DNA of 64,000 nucleotides from Convolutriloba macropyga (Eukaryota): NCBI RefSeq assembly GCF_964194025.1, contig NC_134475.1, positions 64,976,001 to 65,040,000 of the forward strand, read 5' to 3'. Shown piece by piece: positions 1 to 13,375 of this stretch (position 1 is its first letter; each line of letters starts with the position of its first letter). The notes under the pieces were generated by a model. It saw only the letters and a program-made list of their open reading frames with translations, ran no database searches and was not told where the DNA came from. The position numbers and the translations under genes were made by a program.

Positions 1-3000
1 AAAAATGCTTTGATTTTTATACTTTCATTGAAAACATAATAATCAGTCTGGACGCAAAACAGAGCGTTACGAAAACTCTTTCAATATTTTTTACAACTCA
101 GCTTGAGAATCAATGAGGCCCAAAAATTTTTTGAACGACGTTTTTCATTTTCGAGGAACAATTTACAAAATTTCCGTTGCATTATCGGGTTTCAAATAAT
201 AGGATATCTTTTTATCTCAACCTAGCTGTTTCACGAGGTTCCAGATTTCTCACAAGACACACTGTCATTCTTTTGTCATATTAGAGTGTGAAGTTCTTCA
301 GCGTGAGATTAGTTGGTATTAACAGAAAACCTCCATGATAAGCAATTCAGCAGAACTCGAGCTGGTTGATGAATTTGGGATAATCGATTTCAAACAACTG
401 TACAAAAACATTTTGTTATATACATACAGAAACAACTTGCATGTCGTAACTTGTATTTGCTACGCCGAATAGAGGACAAATTCTTTCAACCCAATTCAGC
501 ATATAAATCCTGAAAACAAGCAATCAGATGTATATTTTCTTTTCCTAATCTGAAATTTTCCTAATCTCAAAAGCGATGACAGATTTTCATATTTAGATTC
601 ACTGACGTTTAGATTAACTGTTTGATTTAAACGTTTAGATTAACTGACGTTAACTGAGTCAGTCCGGTGAAAACTGAGATCTTCAGGATCACAGAGAGAA
701 AAAATTGCTTATAATGGTTTTTGAAATAATCGTTGACAAAATTAATTGTTCTTCAAACAGCCCGAAGAAAACGAAGCAATTTTTATTTCGGTTTTTCTCC
801 GCTAGATTAGTAACAATCTGCCAATCATATAAATTGAAACATAGCAATCAGAACATGGTCATTCTTGAACAGCGCAATTGAGAAGCAGTTAAAAAGTGTT
901 TCTGTTTCTGGGTTTGAATTTTTGGAAAAAAGTGCAGTGCAAAATTGTACGTGCTCTAAAAAATTATAAGATTTGCATGTCATTGGTATCCAATTTTCAG
1001 TGAACCAGAACTTAATCTGACAGACTATTCTTTGTCCTGAAATGGTTTTTTTGAAAACCGCAGAGAACAGACAGGAGAAAAGTTGTACTCGCTGCTTTGA
1101 AAAACTTAAAGTCAGAAGGAAAATTGTTTTCCCTCAAAAACAGTTGTCAGTTAGAAGAACTTCTGTTTCCTGAAAACACATTTTTCAAAATCTTATCTTA
1201 AGCAGAAAAAAAGTTTAAACCCCAACAATTTAAACTATCTTCTTCCACTAAAATATCTACTGTTTTTAAAAACAGACCATGGCTTAGACATTTTCAATAG
1301 TTTTTCATTACAAACAGCAGAGATCACGACAAAATTCACCATGAATTTTGCCAAATCAGGAGTCCCATAATTGATTTTGTGAAAAATAAATATGGGAAAG
1401 CACCTAATTTAGCTGATAAATTTTTCCATCCAACTTATATTCAAAACCAGTTTTTCATGATGCCAAATAGAAACACACCATTTTTGCAGAAATAAATGAT
1501 AAAATCAACAATTTTTTCTGGGTTCTTGAAAAACCTAATCGGAAAGTTTTTGTTTTTATAAAAACTCAAGGAAATTCGAGATTTCACACTCTTCCCTCTA
1601 CCAGAATCCTTTGCCCAACGCAACTGAGTACAATTTTTTTTTGAAATCATCAAAATATTGAAAAATGTTCTGAACTTCTATTTTTGTTTGAAGAGATGCC
1701 AGACGTTGTTGAGGTTGATGTCAGGTATTTTTCATATCTATAGCACATTGTTAGTGCCACAGTATTAACAGTTACGGAGCCCAAAATGCCCGAACATAAA
1801 TGAAAAGCAAATTATTTTTGCTTCCATATAACTGATCTTGGCAATCCGTTCAAAGAATTCCCCACTATTACGAAAGAAAACAGATCTAAATCCCTAATTT
1901 CAGGGCAAAATGTAAATTGTGTTTCTTGACAACATCGAACTGCCAGTCCTTGGGATCTTAGGGCAAGCTTCAAGGGATCTGCAAACTTTTTTATCGTAAG
2001 AACTCAAAAAGCAAAGAAGTTTTCATGATTTTTAACTAAATAGTTGCAATTTGTAATCAATATTTAGGTCCTGATAAGTTACCAGTTAAAGTCTTACAAA
2101 GTTATTGAGACTTTCTGATCTACAAAGTAAAACAAACACGCGTTTCTTCTGTCCACTAAATTTCAGGTTGGGATCATTGCTCAAAATGACTTATGAAAAC
2201 ACCCAGACACATAAACATCTCCTCTGATCCAGACTTCGACTCGATCAATTTGTTGATGCGTTCTAATGCTTTGTGAAAAGTCTTTATTCAACCACCCATC
2301 GCAACCAAAATGCGACATGATCCAGACTTTCTCTCGTACACATTATGAATAGAATCAGGCAGACGGAAAAAACTATGATCCAGAATTTGTCGCGTTCGCG
2401 TTCAAAGAAAAGATAAGGAAGAAGACGCAATTATTTTCTGAAAGATGAGGCTGTCGATGTATTTTGTTAGCTTTCATCCTCTTTTTTTTGAGGTAAAATG
2501 GATTTTGTAAGCATGGTCTTGGACAGAAGAGAGAGCTCATGAAATCAGATTAAATAGCATAGACACTAAAAATGAGGCAGTTTTCTGTAACCTTTTTTAT
2601 GTTTATTTTGTTTAGCAAATATCGTGTGCAAAACTCCTAACGCAAACTAAACACAAATAAATGAAACAAACAGGGTTCATGTGCTTGGTATAAAACAACG
2701 AAACAAATTATATTATCGTACTGATTGAAGTTTTTGTTTGCCCCTCATGTACTAGAAAGAGATAGGTTCAATAAATTAAAAAGTAATCAACAAGCAAAAT
2801 GCTCTTGGTTCAGATGAAATCTTTCGTGCATGATAAATTTATGAGCTTTTTCTGAAGTAACGGCTGGTAATACCAACTTCATGCTCCACACAAGGTTGCA
2901 GAGCTTGTGAATTCAGTATCTGATTAGACTGCTCTTTCTGTCAAGCTACTTTTTCCATAGATGAAGAAAGGAGCCGAATTCGATCATCCATCTCTACCTT

Positions 3001-3197
3001 TCCTTTTCCGTTTTTTTTTCCAGTTGCGTCCTCCATCCCCCAACCCCAGTTTAAGAGCACGTGCCAATACATAATATATCCTTTTGTAAAAAATATGACA
3101 CGTCCATCTGGGGTTCAAATAAAATGCACCCACTAAAAGTTATAGGGAACACACGGAAAATAACCGATTTCCCTCTTAGTACAGTATCAATGGCAGA

Positions 3198-3761
3198 GCC
3201 GGATCGAGCTTGGGCGGTGAAATTTTGTAAGGAATCGGTGAACTTCGGTGAAAAAAAATAATTTTCACCGCATATTTCTTACATCCTTTTCGGTGAATCC
3301 GGTGAATTATTTATTTTCACCGCGTTTTCGGTATTTTTACAGGAAAAGCACTTACATACACGGGCTCGACTGCACTACCTCCTGCATGACTTCAATGCAT
3401 TATTCCTGCATTATTCCACTTCGCCAATTGTCACTTACTTCTTTGCTATTTCTTGTGAATTTAAGTAAACGTTTTAAAACAAAGGCGGTGAATTTTTGTA
3501 AGACAATTGGTGAAATGCAGTTAATTAGCATTTTTTTCACCGCTTTCTCTGCATTTCTTACATAAATTTGCAACACAAGTCAATGCGGTGAACTTTAGTA
3601 AGAAATTCGGTGAATTTCGCGGTGACTTTTGTAAGAAATGCGATGAAATGCGGTGAAACATTTTAATTCACCGCGTTCTCGGCAATCACCGCATTTCCTA
3701 CAAAAATTCACCGCATTCACCTCATTTCTTACAAAAATGCAACCGAAAACCTCAACCCGGG
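3198..3761. mobile_element. Non-autonomous TIR DNA transposon (CCC-terminal, EnSpm/CACTA-like) with GCGGTGAA/TTCACCGC subterminal repeats; diverged copy
   Basis: Right end AAAACCTCAACCCGGG, degenerate left end (G)CCGGATCGAGCTT; AG on both flanks (2-bp TSD); collinear with the better-preserved copy at 30285-30940. Confidence 0.75.
3352..3434 (-). other. Degenerate tRNA-derived (Pol III A/B box) segment inside the MITE
   Basis: Minus-strand A-box TGGCGAAGTGG (3416-3426) and degenerate B-box CAGTCGAGCCC (3362-3372); same position as the clear copy at 30431-30502. Confidence 0.55.
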
Positions 3762-4104
3762 AGGTGAGGCTGTTGCATTCTTCAGATCGCATCTGGCATA
3801 TACAATTCCCCAATCACTATTTCACTAACTCCGCCGGTTCCTAGCCCAGGCTTAAAAGGAATGAGGGAAAACAAAATAAAAGACAAGAAAAATCTCTAAA
3901 CGTGCGTCTTTACTTTGTCTGGAGAGTTCTCCGATACTTGAGAGTTGCCATGCTGTATTATTTTTTCTCGTACTGATTGAACCTTGAACATGAAACTTGG
4001 CCATAGAATGGCATCATATTAAACTTGGGCAGGGGGCACAAATTGATAAGAGTCAAAATTATTATATTTGGATCTTTTCTGTTTGAGCCCCCCAGCGCGT
4101 TATG

Positions 4105-4417
4105 GGATCTATTCTGTCCCCCTCCCCCCAGTGTTTTTTATGACCCCCAGTTACAGATTATATGTTGTTATATAGCACGTTACTATGTAAGAAAATTGGG
4201 GTCTTTCCCATTATAGTCCCCCCCATGAAATTATAGCCCCCCATTATGGTATAATTACCATGATTGGGGGGGGGGGGGGGGGGGGGCTATGGGTTATCTG
4301 ACCACTAAGCTGGGGGGCTATAATGGGAAAGACCCGAAAATTGCACGTGAGCTTGGGGGTCATAAAAGATTTATGCTCACTAAGCGGGGGGGGGGGGGGG
4401 CAAAACAGAATAGATCC
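4105..4417. mobile_element. Merlin-like MITE (middle element)
   Basis: TIRs GGATCTATTCTG / CAGAATAGATCC; perfect 8-bp TSD GCGTTATG (4097-4104, 4418-4425). Confidence 0.85.
4199..4335. mobile_element. Merlin-like MITE (inner element, 137 bp)
   Basis: TIRs GGGTCTTTCCCATTATAG / CTATAATGGGAAAGACCC; perfect 8-bp TSD GAAAATTG (4191-4198, 4336-4343). Confidence 0.9.
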
Positions 4418-4983
4418 GCGTTATGCACCCCCGAATTACAGAGCAGGTGTCATTGCACAGTACCTCATTATGGAAAAATATGGCACGTGCATCTGGGGGT
4501 ACAAATAATATGCACCGAAATAATACGCACAAATAATATGCACCCACTGAGCTGGGGGGCACAAACTGGAAAGATCCTATATTTCATCTAGGATATTTTG
4601 AGCACTTGTAAATAGAATATCGAATGAGTATCTAAAACTATTGCACGTGCGTCCTTTGGCGTGCAATTAATATGCACCCAACGAGCTAGGGGGTGGGAGA
4701 AGGACACAAACGGAAAAAGTCCATAATTTGATTGAGGCCACCATGAAGTTGTAGTGCCTCATTGGAATATATTTGCGGACAAAAATGGGGGGGGGGGGGG
4801 GGCTTTACGTTATCCGCGCAACAAGTTGGCGGAGATGGGGAGAGGGAGGGGTGGAATTGCGCAAACTTCAACGATCTAACTTTAATGTCATTTTCAATGG
4901 GAGAACAATAGTGAGACAACAATGGGATAACTCAACTTCAAGTTGTTTTGTGATGAATTTGCAGGCGCAACATGATTTATGAG

Positions 4984-5183
4984 NNNNNNNNNNNNNNNNN
5001 NNNNNNNNNNNNNNNNNNNNNNNNNNNNNNNNNNNNNNNNNNNNNNNNNNNNNNNNNNNNNNNNNNNNNNNNNNNNNNNNNNNNNNNNNNNNNNNNNNNN
5101 NNNNNNNNNNNNNNNNNNNNNNNNNNNNNNNNNNNNNNNNNNNNNNNNNNNNNNNNNNNNNNNNNNNNNNNNNNNNNNNNNNN
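4984..5183. other. Assembly gap (N run)
   Basis: Run of N. Confidence 1.
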
Positions 5184-7905
5184 TAACTAATTGACCCAGA
5201 AGTTCTTATTACATTTTTTAAAAACGATTGACTTTTTTGAGAAACATTTGACGAAATCGCAAAACTTGACGTTTTATATCACTTATGGGAAATTTTCCTG
5301 ATTCGTGGCCAACGTTAGCCTAACTCACTCTTGTTATATCACTTGAGCAACCTAGAAATTGTAGTATAGAAATAAGACTAATTTTTACATAAAAACGATC
5401 AAAAACTTAGCGTTTCCAATCTACACCTGTTTTATGTAACAATTTTATAAGAATTGAATCAAAAGAAAAATCTCGGGTTTATATAACATTTTCATGGATA
5501 GGAGGCACTACCAATACAGTATGGGAAACCCTGAACAACTCTTGGACCTAGAAGGTCGTATTAAATTTTTTAAAATACGACTGACTTTTTGAGAAACATC
5601 TGACGAATAAGCAAAACTTGACGTTATAAATCACTTATGGGAAATTTTCTCGATTCATGTCCAATGTTAGCCTAACGCACGCTTTTTATATCACCTTGAG
5701 CACCCTAGACTTAGTAGTAAAGAAATGAGACTAATTTTTACATAAAAGTTATATATGACTTATGGAAATTTTCTCGATTCATGTCCAACGTTAGCCTAAC
5801 GCACGATTGTTATATCACCTTGAGCACCCTAGACTTAGTAGTAAAGAAATGAGACTAATTTTTACATAAAAGTTATATATGACTTATGGGAAATTTTTTT
5901 ATTCCATAGCCACCGTTAGCATAGCACCCGGTTGTTAAATCACTTTGAGCGGCCAAGACGCATTAGTGGAAAAAATGAGAGCAATTTTTTACATATAAAA
6001 CTCTTATGGATAGGAGGAACTACCAGAATTGTATGGGTAACAATGAGCAACTCCTTAGCCCGGATGGTCCTAATATATTTCTGAAATACGATTGACTTTA
6101 TGAGAAACAATTGACAAAAATGAAAAAACTTGGAGTTATCAATAAATTATGGGACATTTGCTCATTTCATAGCCAACGGTAGCTTAAGACACGGTTTTTA
6201 TATCGCTTTGGGTAGCCTAGACCCAGTAGTAAAGAGATGAGAGCCTTTTTACATAACACGGTAGAAAAAATTGCGTTTCTGTCCTACACGTTTTTTTATG
6301 TCTCATATTTTCAAGCATTGACTCAGAAGGAAAATCTCCGGGTGTTTTACAATCTTTGTGGATAGGAGGAACTACCAAAATTGTATGGGTAAGTTTGAAC
6401 AACTCCTTAACCCAGAGATTTTTGAAATACCATTGACTTTTTGAGAAACAATTGACGAAAATGAAAAAAGTTATATATAAATTTTGGGATGTTTCCATAT
6501 TCCATAGCTATTGTTAGCCTACAAAACGTGTGTTATATTTCTTTTAGTGGCCTAGACCCAGTAGTAAATAAATGAGAGAAATTTTTACAGGTGGAGGTGG
6601 GTGGACGGGGGTTGCGGTGAGGGTGGGTGGGGTTTGACTGGGCTGCCTTTCAGAATGATTTTAAATCACCCAAATAGTTACAGGGAGTCCGTTACGTAGA
6701 GACTAGTAATAGTTAGAGGTCTCATAAAAAGTAATGCCCTCAGGTCTTTAACTGTTTATCCTGTTCTGTTTTACGAAAGGTTAAAAGCGGAAAATAAAAG
6801 TGGAAATCCGACCTCCACGTTTTTTATAAGACAAATTTACAAATTTTCAAGCTTTGACCCGGAAGGAAAACCACCGGATGTTTTAACACCTTTTTTGAGA
6901 TGGGGAACTGCCAAAATAGTATGATTAGCACTGAACAACTCCCTGTCCCAGACGATTCTATTATATTTTTTAAATACGATTGACTTTTTTTAAGAATAAT
7001 TTGACGAAATTGCGAAACTTGAAGTTATATATCAATTTTAGGACATTTCTGATTCCATAGCTAACATTAGCCTAAAACACGCGTGTTATATCATTTAGAG
7101 CGGCCTAGAAACAGTACCAAAAAATGAGAGCAGTTTTTTCATAAAAAGCTGTCGATCAGTTTTTCTTTCCGACCTACACGTTTCTCAAATTTTCAAGCTT
7201 TGACCCAGACGGAAAAACTTTGTGTGTCTTACCTTCCTTTTTGATAGGACGAACTTCCAAAATAACATGCGTAAAATTGAACAACTCTTTGACCCAGACG
7301 ACGCTATTATATTTTAAATCATTTTTTGATAAACAACTAAGGAAATTTCAAAACTTGAAGTTATGTATCACTTATGGGAAAGAGAAAATTTCTGATTCAA
7401 TAGCCACAGTTAGATTAACACGCGCTTGCTATTTCGCTTTGAGCAGCCTAGAGCTAGTAGTGAAGAAATGAGAGCAATTTTTACAAAACATTCGAAAAAT
7501 TTGCATTTCCGACCTAAATGTTTTTTATCTATCAATTTTTTTCAAGCATTGACCCAGAGAGAAAATCTCTGGGTGTTCTGGCATCCTTATAGATAGGAAG
7601 AAATAACAGAATAGTATTAGGGACATCGAACAACTCGTTGGCCCAGAGTTTCACATCATACTTTTAAAATACTATCGATTTTTTGAGAAACAATTCAATT
7701 AATTGCAAAAATTGACGTTATAAATCGCTTTTGTAAATTCCTTTATCATAGCCAACGTCATCTTAACGCACGCCTGTGTTGTCACTTTGATCCGCCGAGA
7801 CACAATAGTACACACATGAGAAGAACTTTTACAAAAAAAAACTTGCTTCTGAGTTTCTGAACAACACATTCCGTATAAACCATTTTTTGAAGTATCGACC
7901 CAAAG
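5184..7905 (+). repeat. Diverged tandem repeat / satellite, ~350-bp unit
   Basis: Motif (T)ACGATTGACTTTTTGAGAAACA-TTGACGAAAT recurs near 5225, 5577, 6088, 6428, 6976, 7315 and 7672; near-exact ~120-bp internal duplication at ~5635-5890. Confidence 0.85.
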
Positions 7906-7980
7906 CAACCATGGTCAACCATGTTTTCTCCTATTAAAAGTTGGGGTCAAAAGCGAACAAGGTGTTTCACGGTTTTTAAG

Positions 7981-8194
7981 CGCAGAAATAGCGGAATAAC
8001 AGCGGAAAAGTAAAAATTAAAAGGGGGACATTTGGTTTAAGTGTAGCATTAACAGTGAACGATTCAATATTACGGTTGAGTTTTTCACCGTTAAAACGAA
8101 ATGATCACTTTTAATTTCATCGTTTAATCGAAATGTCTACTTTTAATACTACTTTTAATTTTCGCTTTTCCACCGTTATTCCTCTGTTTCCTGG
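7981..8194. mobile_element. Small foldback/MITE with ~40-bp imperfect TIRs
   Basis: Left GAAATAGCGGAATAACAGCGGAAAAGTAAAAATTAAAAG versus reverse complement of the right end GAAACAGAGGAATAACGGTGGAAAAGCGAAAATTAAAAG. Confidence 0.6.
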
Positions 8195-9404
8195 AAAAAT
8201 CTAAATTGTCCAATTTTTCCACTCTTTCCAACGATTTTGAATTGTGGCGTCTAGGATTGGCATCAATTGGCATAGGATTCAGCCGACCACAAATATTCCC
8301 CCAGGTTTACTGTCGATCTATATTAGTCAAGCAGTAAATATAGAACAGGTCGCTTACAGAGTTCGCACTACTGTGGTCTTCAATGGATGCCGGTGTTCTC
8401 CTCAAAACCCCTGTAATGAGGGAAAACTTTCATTTTGAGATACTGGCATCGCGAGATCTACGATAGGCGTCAGTGACCGTAACTCTCGAACGCTGAATCT
8501 CGAAATTCAAGTATCTTCAAGTTTCAAGTATTTTCAACTTTTGATTTTATTTTTCTCTTTTTAGTTTTTAATCCAGATGAGAAAAACTATAGGGTTCTCA
8601 CATACATAAGATGTTTTGTGCGCAGACAATCAAACTCTGCTCAATGCAGCTTCATAAAACAAGGAGGCTCTTTGATGTGCATTGGCACATAAAGTTCCGA
8701 CCCTGCTCATCCACATTTTTGGCATATGTGTCCACCAAATTAGGAAAAGATGAAAATCCCCCAAAAATTCAAGGATTTTTCAAAGAGAAAATATCGATGA
8801 AAAATTTCAAAAAAGAATAAAGAACAAAACGATCGCCTCCAATGCAAATAACTGGATTGGAAAATGCCGCATTATTTTGTTGAGATCAGCCATTATAGAG
8901 AAAGCAAGTCAGGACGAACAACCAAAACAAAAAAAACAACAAAAACAACAAACATTTATACATCCAAAACTTAATGTCTTTTTTAAAAAAAAAATTAACG
9001 AGGTCAAAAAATTGGCTTATATTTCTAATAACAATACATTTCAAAGTAATGAAAACCATTAGATAGCAATTGAAAAATTGCAACATGACTATGATTACAA
9101 ATTCTTCTATAGGGGGGCATTAAAACATGTCATTATTCATTTTTATGCGGTTGTAGAATTATAAAGAAAGCAAATCAAGACGAACAACAAAATTAAACAA
9201 CAATATCAACAAACATTAATTACATCTAAAATTTACCTCCAATTAAAAAAAACAATTTTTTGAAAAGTTAATTATAGCGTCAGATAATACTAAGACTGAA
9301 AAAAATAAGTAGTTCACTAGAAAAGATATGGGACCACTCCATAACAAGGCTTGGTTACAATTTGACAAAAAGAACAAAAAACAGCAAAATTAAAATTGCT
9401 CTAT

Positions 9405-9780
9405 ATCTTTAACATAGCTGGCAGATTGCCAGCAAATAGCTGCAATAATATTGCAAATCTGCAGTATCAAAAAAAGGTGAAAAAGACAGACTAAAAATAT
9501 TCGTCTTTTCATTGTCGGCTGATATGTTAAAATTGATTAAAAATCTGTATAAATTTTTGCTGCCTCTATTAGCTGCTCTCTAATAACCTTCATTTAGAGT
9601 GTCACACACCCATTTGACCCCAAATCTTTGAATTAAAGTAAATAAAAAATATTTTCAAAATGGAGAAGTCATTTTTGTGCGTGAGGTAAGTCAAGTGTGA
9701 CCAAAATAATAATCACGCAAATAAACAAAAAATCTCGCTCCACTAAGAGCGAAAAATGACGTCACGCACGCTTTTCAGTT
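9405..9780 (+). repeat. Dispersed repeat, inverted homologue of 48840-49195
   Basis: Shared blocks AACATAGC[T/C]GGCAGATT[G/A]CC, GTGAGGTAAGTCA, TAATCACGCAAA, AAATGACGTCACGC. Confidence 0.6.
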
Positions 9781-12137
9781 GAAATTGCATGAACAAAAGA
9801 ACAAAAAGTAGATTTGAAGTGGTTGTGACGTCATATGGTTGTAACAAAAATCGCGACCACGAAATAAAATAAAAACAAGAGAAGGCCAATAAAAGCCCCA
9901 GCTATCGCTGTGCGGCTAATAGAAAACATTTAATTTCAGAGTAGTGAAACCCATAAGATATCAATAGCAATCATCCGACATGTTTATGATCACATAAGCC
10001 TCTATAGCAGGTCATTAGGACCTGACATTAGCCAATGTTTTCTTCGTCCCTAGGGAGCGATTCAGACATGTAGTTACTCAGAATATGTCTTACGTCTACA
10101 AAAATAACGTCAAATATAGACAGATATAAAAAAATTATTATACTTTCTTTTTTTTGCAAAAACCCTTGTCTAAGCCAGTAAATTTCTAGGTTTGTACACT
10201 TGCACCCTTTCTCAACAACAATATTGTCTTATTTGACCTGTAAACAACAAGACTAGATAACAAAAGGACAAAGAAGAACAAGAATGAAAAGTTAAAAATA
10301 TCAGGCTATAATAAAGGCTAATTTATTTCGCCACAAAAAATCATTGACAACTGTCATTATCCAGGAAAGTTCAAACGACTAAAAAGACAATATAAAAAGG
10401 ACAGCTAAATACAAATGCACAAAAAGTTCAATAAATTTTTGGAGAAAGGGGGTGTCGTTGCGGATATAACCACAATATATGCCTTTAAAGAGCTTTATAT
10501 GTTCAATTTCGCCTTGCTTTGAACGTCAACAGTGCAAAATAACCTTTCAATAAAAATGATAAAAGCGAGAAAACACCGTGAAAAATGGCCCATTGACTAA
10601 AAAACCAAAATTGAATTCTAGCTGTGTCAAAGCTAGAAAACAATAATTTAACAGGAAAAACCGCACAAAAGATTAAAATTTAATTCGGTAGAAGTTAGAG
10701 GAAGAAGAAGCACTCGTTCTTTGCTCGCATTAAGCCACAACTTGACCAGTTTAAAAGAAAACTAGCGGCAAACTTAACAATTTTGAAAGCAAAAGAACCA
10801 TAATCTTTCGATTAAAGAAACTAGATACATTAATTTGAAAACGCACAGGATGCCAATTGGACCTATCAACAGTGAGCTTTGATCTGATTTGTTCTTTTCT
10901 TTAATCAACATAAAAAAATGATTTTTTTAAAAAAGAGACCGACTGATTACAATCCGAAATATTTTAGGATTCTAACAGGCCAAGGTTGGGCCAACACCGG
11001 CCTTGCTATTGCTGTTTGTCCATTAAGAACATCCAATTATATCGAATATCATCGATCTACATAATTTGTCAGTTAAATTTTAAAACTAAATGCTGTAATT
11101 TTGATAATCATAGAGTAAAGTTAGCAAAAAACGTCTTAGTTTTAATTCCAGACTAATCTCAATGGAAATGGAAGTAGAACTAGTTCCTTTTGTAGCTTGC
11201 AAACATTGTGTTAGTTGTCATTTGTTTTGATTGTGTACTTTGGGTAAATTTAATCAATTAAAATTGACTATAGGAGCTTACTTCGGGCAATTTTTGATGA
11301 ACAAGGCGGAGTTTTCAAATATTTAGAAGAATTAAAGCAGAATAGTCAAAAAAACTTTCGTCTTTAAAATCAAATTCAACAGTAATCTTCTCAACAATTT
11401 TTACATAACTCAGGCTACCGCGATAACTCACTCTAGAAAACGAAGTTCAAAAGAATCTTTTTAATTCAATTTTCTACGCTGGACCTGCTTAAAGTGAACA
11501 ATAATAATAGAGTTATAGAACAAAACAAGGAATTGAACAAAAGTGTGGAGGTTAAGAGTAATTGAAAAACTAGCACATAACAGTCTGAGATTGTATTGAT
11601 TTAAAATAAAGCTAACTCTGGTTTAAAAATTTTGTCTCATCTTTGGACTTTTTTTGGACTCTTTGGAGAATACTTCTCCCGAAACAATGATAGAAGTTTG
11701 ATCAGTTGTTTTTTGAGCTACTTTAATCAGCGAGTTGTATTTGATAACTGAAACATATTCTTTAGTGTTTATGAAATCAAAATAGCAAGTGATCAACGAT
11801 GTGAAGAAAAAAATTCGTATTAGTAGAAAGAACTGTTTCTGAAAACTGTTTTATTGGTGTTTTTTGTTCTAACCACAGCTGGTTTAATGAGTTATGTTTA
11901 CGAAAAGACAAATTAACTAAAAATTTCATTGCATGTTAATGCAATACTCTCATCCGAAGTTTAAAAAAGTAATAAATGATTAATCTTTGTTGAGTTCCTG
12001 AATCAGAGGACCATTTATGCATGTCACTATGGGCGCTTGAACAAGTTAGTTGATAAGCAGAATTTAATTAGTTATACTTCTTCATCTTAAGCCTGAATTA
12101 GCTCTTCAGGCACTTCTCCTGTTCTCCTATATTGTTT

Positions 12138-12954
12138 TCAATGCCACTCGCAGTGTCCATCGGGATAGCATGTGCCACCTTTTCCACACTCTTTGTCCTT
12201 GCCAGTGCACTCGGTACACTTAAGTCTTTCAGGATGACAATGTAGTCCACCTGTAATTGAAATAGCTTCCTTTGATAGAAATGTTTGTTTTTGATAAGAA
12301 ACAAATATATCATATAACAAAGATATCATCAAAGTCCAATTTTCCCAAAAATATTAGAGAAAATTGTCAAAAAATGATATTCACCTATATCACTGCAAAC
12401 ATTAGTGGTTGTTGTTATGAAAGTAAAAGGGAAACTATTAATTCGGCAACATAGCTAAGACGTTGGAGCATAACGCCAATTCGATTGAGAAAATTTTAAA
12501 AATAAATCAGTGAACTTGGGTATCACAATTTTTCAATTGAAAAAACCAACTTGACATTGTTCTAATGTTGACAAATAAAATAATATCAAAGTCTCTTCAA
12601 AATAATTAAATTTCACTGGATCTGTTTTGTCTGACCCATAGTTTAATATTGGGTCTGTTCTCGCTGGTCTTTCCATCATTCTGCATGATTGGTCTGGATC
12701 ATCTGTCCGTGATTAAAGTCTATATTACCCATCCTTCCTCAATCTATTTTTTTTATTTTTAGACAAAAATAGTTACTTTGAGAAAATCTGCAGGGATGAA
12801 CATCGTCACAACCAGGCATGCAGAAACCACCGAGAACATGAAGATTGCATTTCTCGTAATAGGGACACTCCTTTGTGTGCTTGCAGTAGCCCCCCGCATC
12901 TGTTTGCTGATCAAATATCATCAAACAAACAGCAAACAGAAGAAACCAGCTAAC
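12138..12954 (-). CDS. Secreted cysteine-rich peptide, coding exons 12954(or 12949)-12777 and 12250-12138 (copy 1; start-codon exon not adjacent)
   Basis: Phase-compatible GT-AG intron 12776-12251 (A|GTAACT...TTACAG|GT); splice gives VSWFLLFAVCLMIFDQQTDA-GGYCKHTKECPYYEKCNLHVLGGFCMPGCDDVHPCRFSQSGLHCHPERLKCTECTGKDKECGKGGTCYPDGHCEWH*; minus-strand AATAAA at ~11850. Confidence 0.75.
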
Positions 12955-12993
12955 CTAAACAGTCGTTGTCAAATGATAATAATTTAAAAAATG

Positions 12994-13375
12994 CCGAGGT
13001 TGAGGTGTCATCCACAGGTGACCACTGATCAGACCGTGCCATACGAAAGTAACCTCTGATCAAACTATCTAAGACCAAAGTGTATACTGATCAGACTGAA
13101 ATGCGCTCGAAACACAGTGCGCTGGAGTGCGTTCGAAGTTCTCTGATCAGATCTCGTCAGACGCAAATGACCGTTGATCTAACCGAAAACAGATATTTAT
13201 CAAAACTATTGTGCAACCATAGCCTTGATCAAACCCAGAATATTGTCCAGACGGTTGTGCGCTCAAAAGTTAATCTGATCAGGCTATTATGTTCTCAAAA
13301 GCCACTCCTGGTCAGATCCTGTGGTCGAACTCACCGCTCATCAGACGCAACTGCGCTCGAAATAGTCTGATCAGG
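12994..13375. mobile_element. Left arm of a CCC-type TIR element with CTGATCAG subterminal repeats (duplicated copy)
   Basis: Terminus CCGAGGTTGAGGTGTCAT followed by repeated CTGATCAG palindromes. Confidence 0.6.

Larger units (their letters stand above)
4070..4577. mobile_element. Merlin-like MITE (outer element of a nested trio)
   Basis: TIRs GGATCTTTTCTGTTTGAGCCCCCCAGC / GCTGGGGGGCACAAACTGGAAAGATCC; TATATTT on both flanks; empty-site homologue at 46571-46726. Confidence 0.75.

Noticed and set aside
2185-2460. Three TGATCCAGA repeats reading DPDF/DPEF as a gene remnant
   Set aside because: Stops interrupt the frames read and no recognisable family
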